A DNA stretch of 63,758 nucleotides, filler included, from Kipferlia bialata (Eukaryota): assembly GCA_003568945.1 (NCBI GenBank). It is 5 parts of 5 records of this genome, joined end to end, with 100 filler letters (N's around TTAATTAATTAA, not from the genome) between each part and the next. Parts side by side here need not be neighbours in the genome. Positions count along the whole stretch, not along the records: positions 59,210 to 63,758 come from BDIP01000328.1; 4 more parts are not named here. One strand, given 5' to 3'. The first letter of the stretch is position 1. Each line of letters starts with the position of its first letter. Both the position numbers and the translations under genes were made by a program. Positions 62,535 to 63,758 of this stretch are shown here, one piece after another. The notes under the pieces are model-generated. The model worked only from the letters and a program-made list of their open reading frames with translations. It made no database searches and was not told the origin of the DNA.

Positions 62535-63491
62535 ATGCGCCGCGCTGTATTTGTTCTGTGTGTTCTTGCCGCCCTGGCCTGTGTTTGCGCTGGCTCTGCC
62601 ACTGAGCTGTGTTCCGACCCCACGACCTGTGTGATTGACAGTGCCGTTGACGTTAGTGAGGCAGTCACCGCCACCTCTGCCTCTGTCACCATCAGTGCCA
62701 GCATCAGCGCAGCCTCTCTGACTGTGTCTGCCACCACTCTGACTGTGAGTGCGGGTGTTGACCTGATCACACCCCTCTCTGGATCTGTCCTGGTCAGCAT
62801 TGGCACAGGGGGGTCAGTCGATATCGACAGTGACACCTTCATCAGAAGTGGCGCCTTCTACCTTGTGGATAGTGACGGTGCTGTCTCTGCCTCTGTACAG
62901 GGCCTGTCCTCCAAGACCGTCTCCTTCAATGTGTACTGTGCCTCTGCCTCTGGGTCAGTCTCCATCCTGGGCCCAGAGACTCCCATATCCAACCAGACGG
63001 CACAGGCCATCAGTGCCAGTGGCACTAGTGTCACATACACCCTGCCCGTGTCTGTGTCTGGGGCCCTGACCCTCTCTGCCTCTGCCTCTCTCTCTGCCTC
63101 TCTGACAGACGTCTCTGCTGCCTCAGTCTCTCTGAGCAGGGGGTCTGACACAGTATCAGTGACAGCACTCACAGAGGCCACGGCATGCACATACTCCCTC
63201 ACTGCCACCGGTGTGAGTGGGGACTGCTCCACACTCACTGCCACCTCTCTCTCTGCCTCCTCCTCCTTGGATGTGTCACTGGTGCAGAGGGGGGAGCTCT
63301 ACATCACCACGGGTGACCTCTCCCTCACTGGGGAGGCTGTCACTCTGACCCTGGTTAATACATCATCTAGCACAGTGGATGTACTGGAGATTGGGGGGAA
63401 GTTGATGGTGGTGGCTGGGAACGGGCTGGACCTGGAGGCAGAGGGGGTCACAGTCAAGGTGGATACAGTAGACCCGCACTTAATATACATA

Positions 63492-63531
<40 letters not shown>

Positions 63532-63705
63532 TAGTGGGCTGGACCTGTAAGTATTATATTGTAATACATCACTCTCTAATTTCCCTCATGCCAGGTCTCC
63601 TCGTCCACCACCAGTGCCGCCCTAGTTGATGGGTCAGCACTCACAGTCAGCATGGACTCGGCACTCACAGTCAGGGTGGGTCAAGTGTCTGTGACCTAAC
63701 TACAC

Positions 63706-63740
<35 letters not shown>

Positions 63741-63758
63741 ACCCCCCCCCCCCCCCCC
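62535..63758 (+). CDS. Secreted/surface protein, Ser/Thr/Ala/Val-rich beta architecture, 3'-incomplete
   Basis: Signal-peptide-like MRRAVFVLCVLAALACVCA; long first exon to ~63459, intron, further exon from ~63595. Confidence 0.7.

Noticed and set aside
1..63758. rRNA, tRNA, snRNA genes or autonomous transposons
   Set aside because: None recognised by eye; small RNAs cannot be excluded without tRNAscan/Infernal.

Overview
Eukaryotic, intron-rich protist DNA, not prokaryotic. It uses the standard code and short (mostly ~60-150 nt) GT-AG introns full of (CT)n/(AT)n/(CA)n/poly-C, with a branch-point-like motif fused to the acceptor (YTNAC-CCC-YAG). This style resembles free-living fornicate metamonads such as Kipferlia (inference only). 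The window is five pieces joined by artificial 100-bp N-TTAATTAATTAA-N linkers, plus one N gap. I can reconstruct about 20 genes by hand: TRM6-like head-to-head with NOP2, a Pro-rich/WH2-like protein, two coiled-coil proteins, a kelch-like fragment, a kinesin, a decayed ABCA-like relic, a DHHC palmitoyltransferase, a giant receptor kinase (Ig-like + FG-GAP ectodomain, TM, MLKL-like helical domain, TKL kinase), crooked-neck/CLF1, an atypical kinase-domain protein, a SET fragment, a 2xVWD membrane protein, an ELYS-like protein, Misato, an EF-hand protein, and membrane/secreted hypotheticals. The most striking signal is pervasive 'exon-edge echoes'. About 30 families (counted by eye) of 15-50-nt copies of an exon edge plus its splice site or stop codon are stacked 2-4 deep at ~60-130-nt spacing in the neighbouring intron or 3' flank. 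Differences between copies are mostly synonymous while the surrounding non-coding DNA is largely unalignable. Multi-exon coordinates are hand-derived and approximate.
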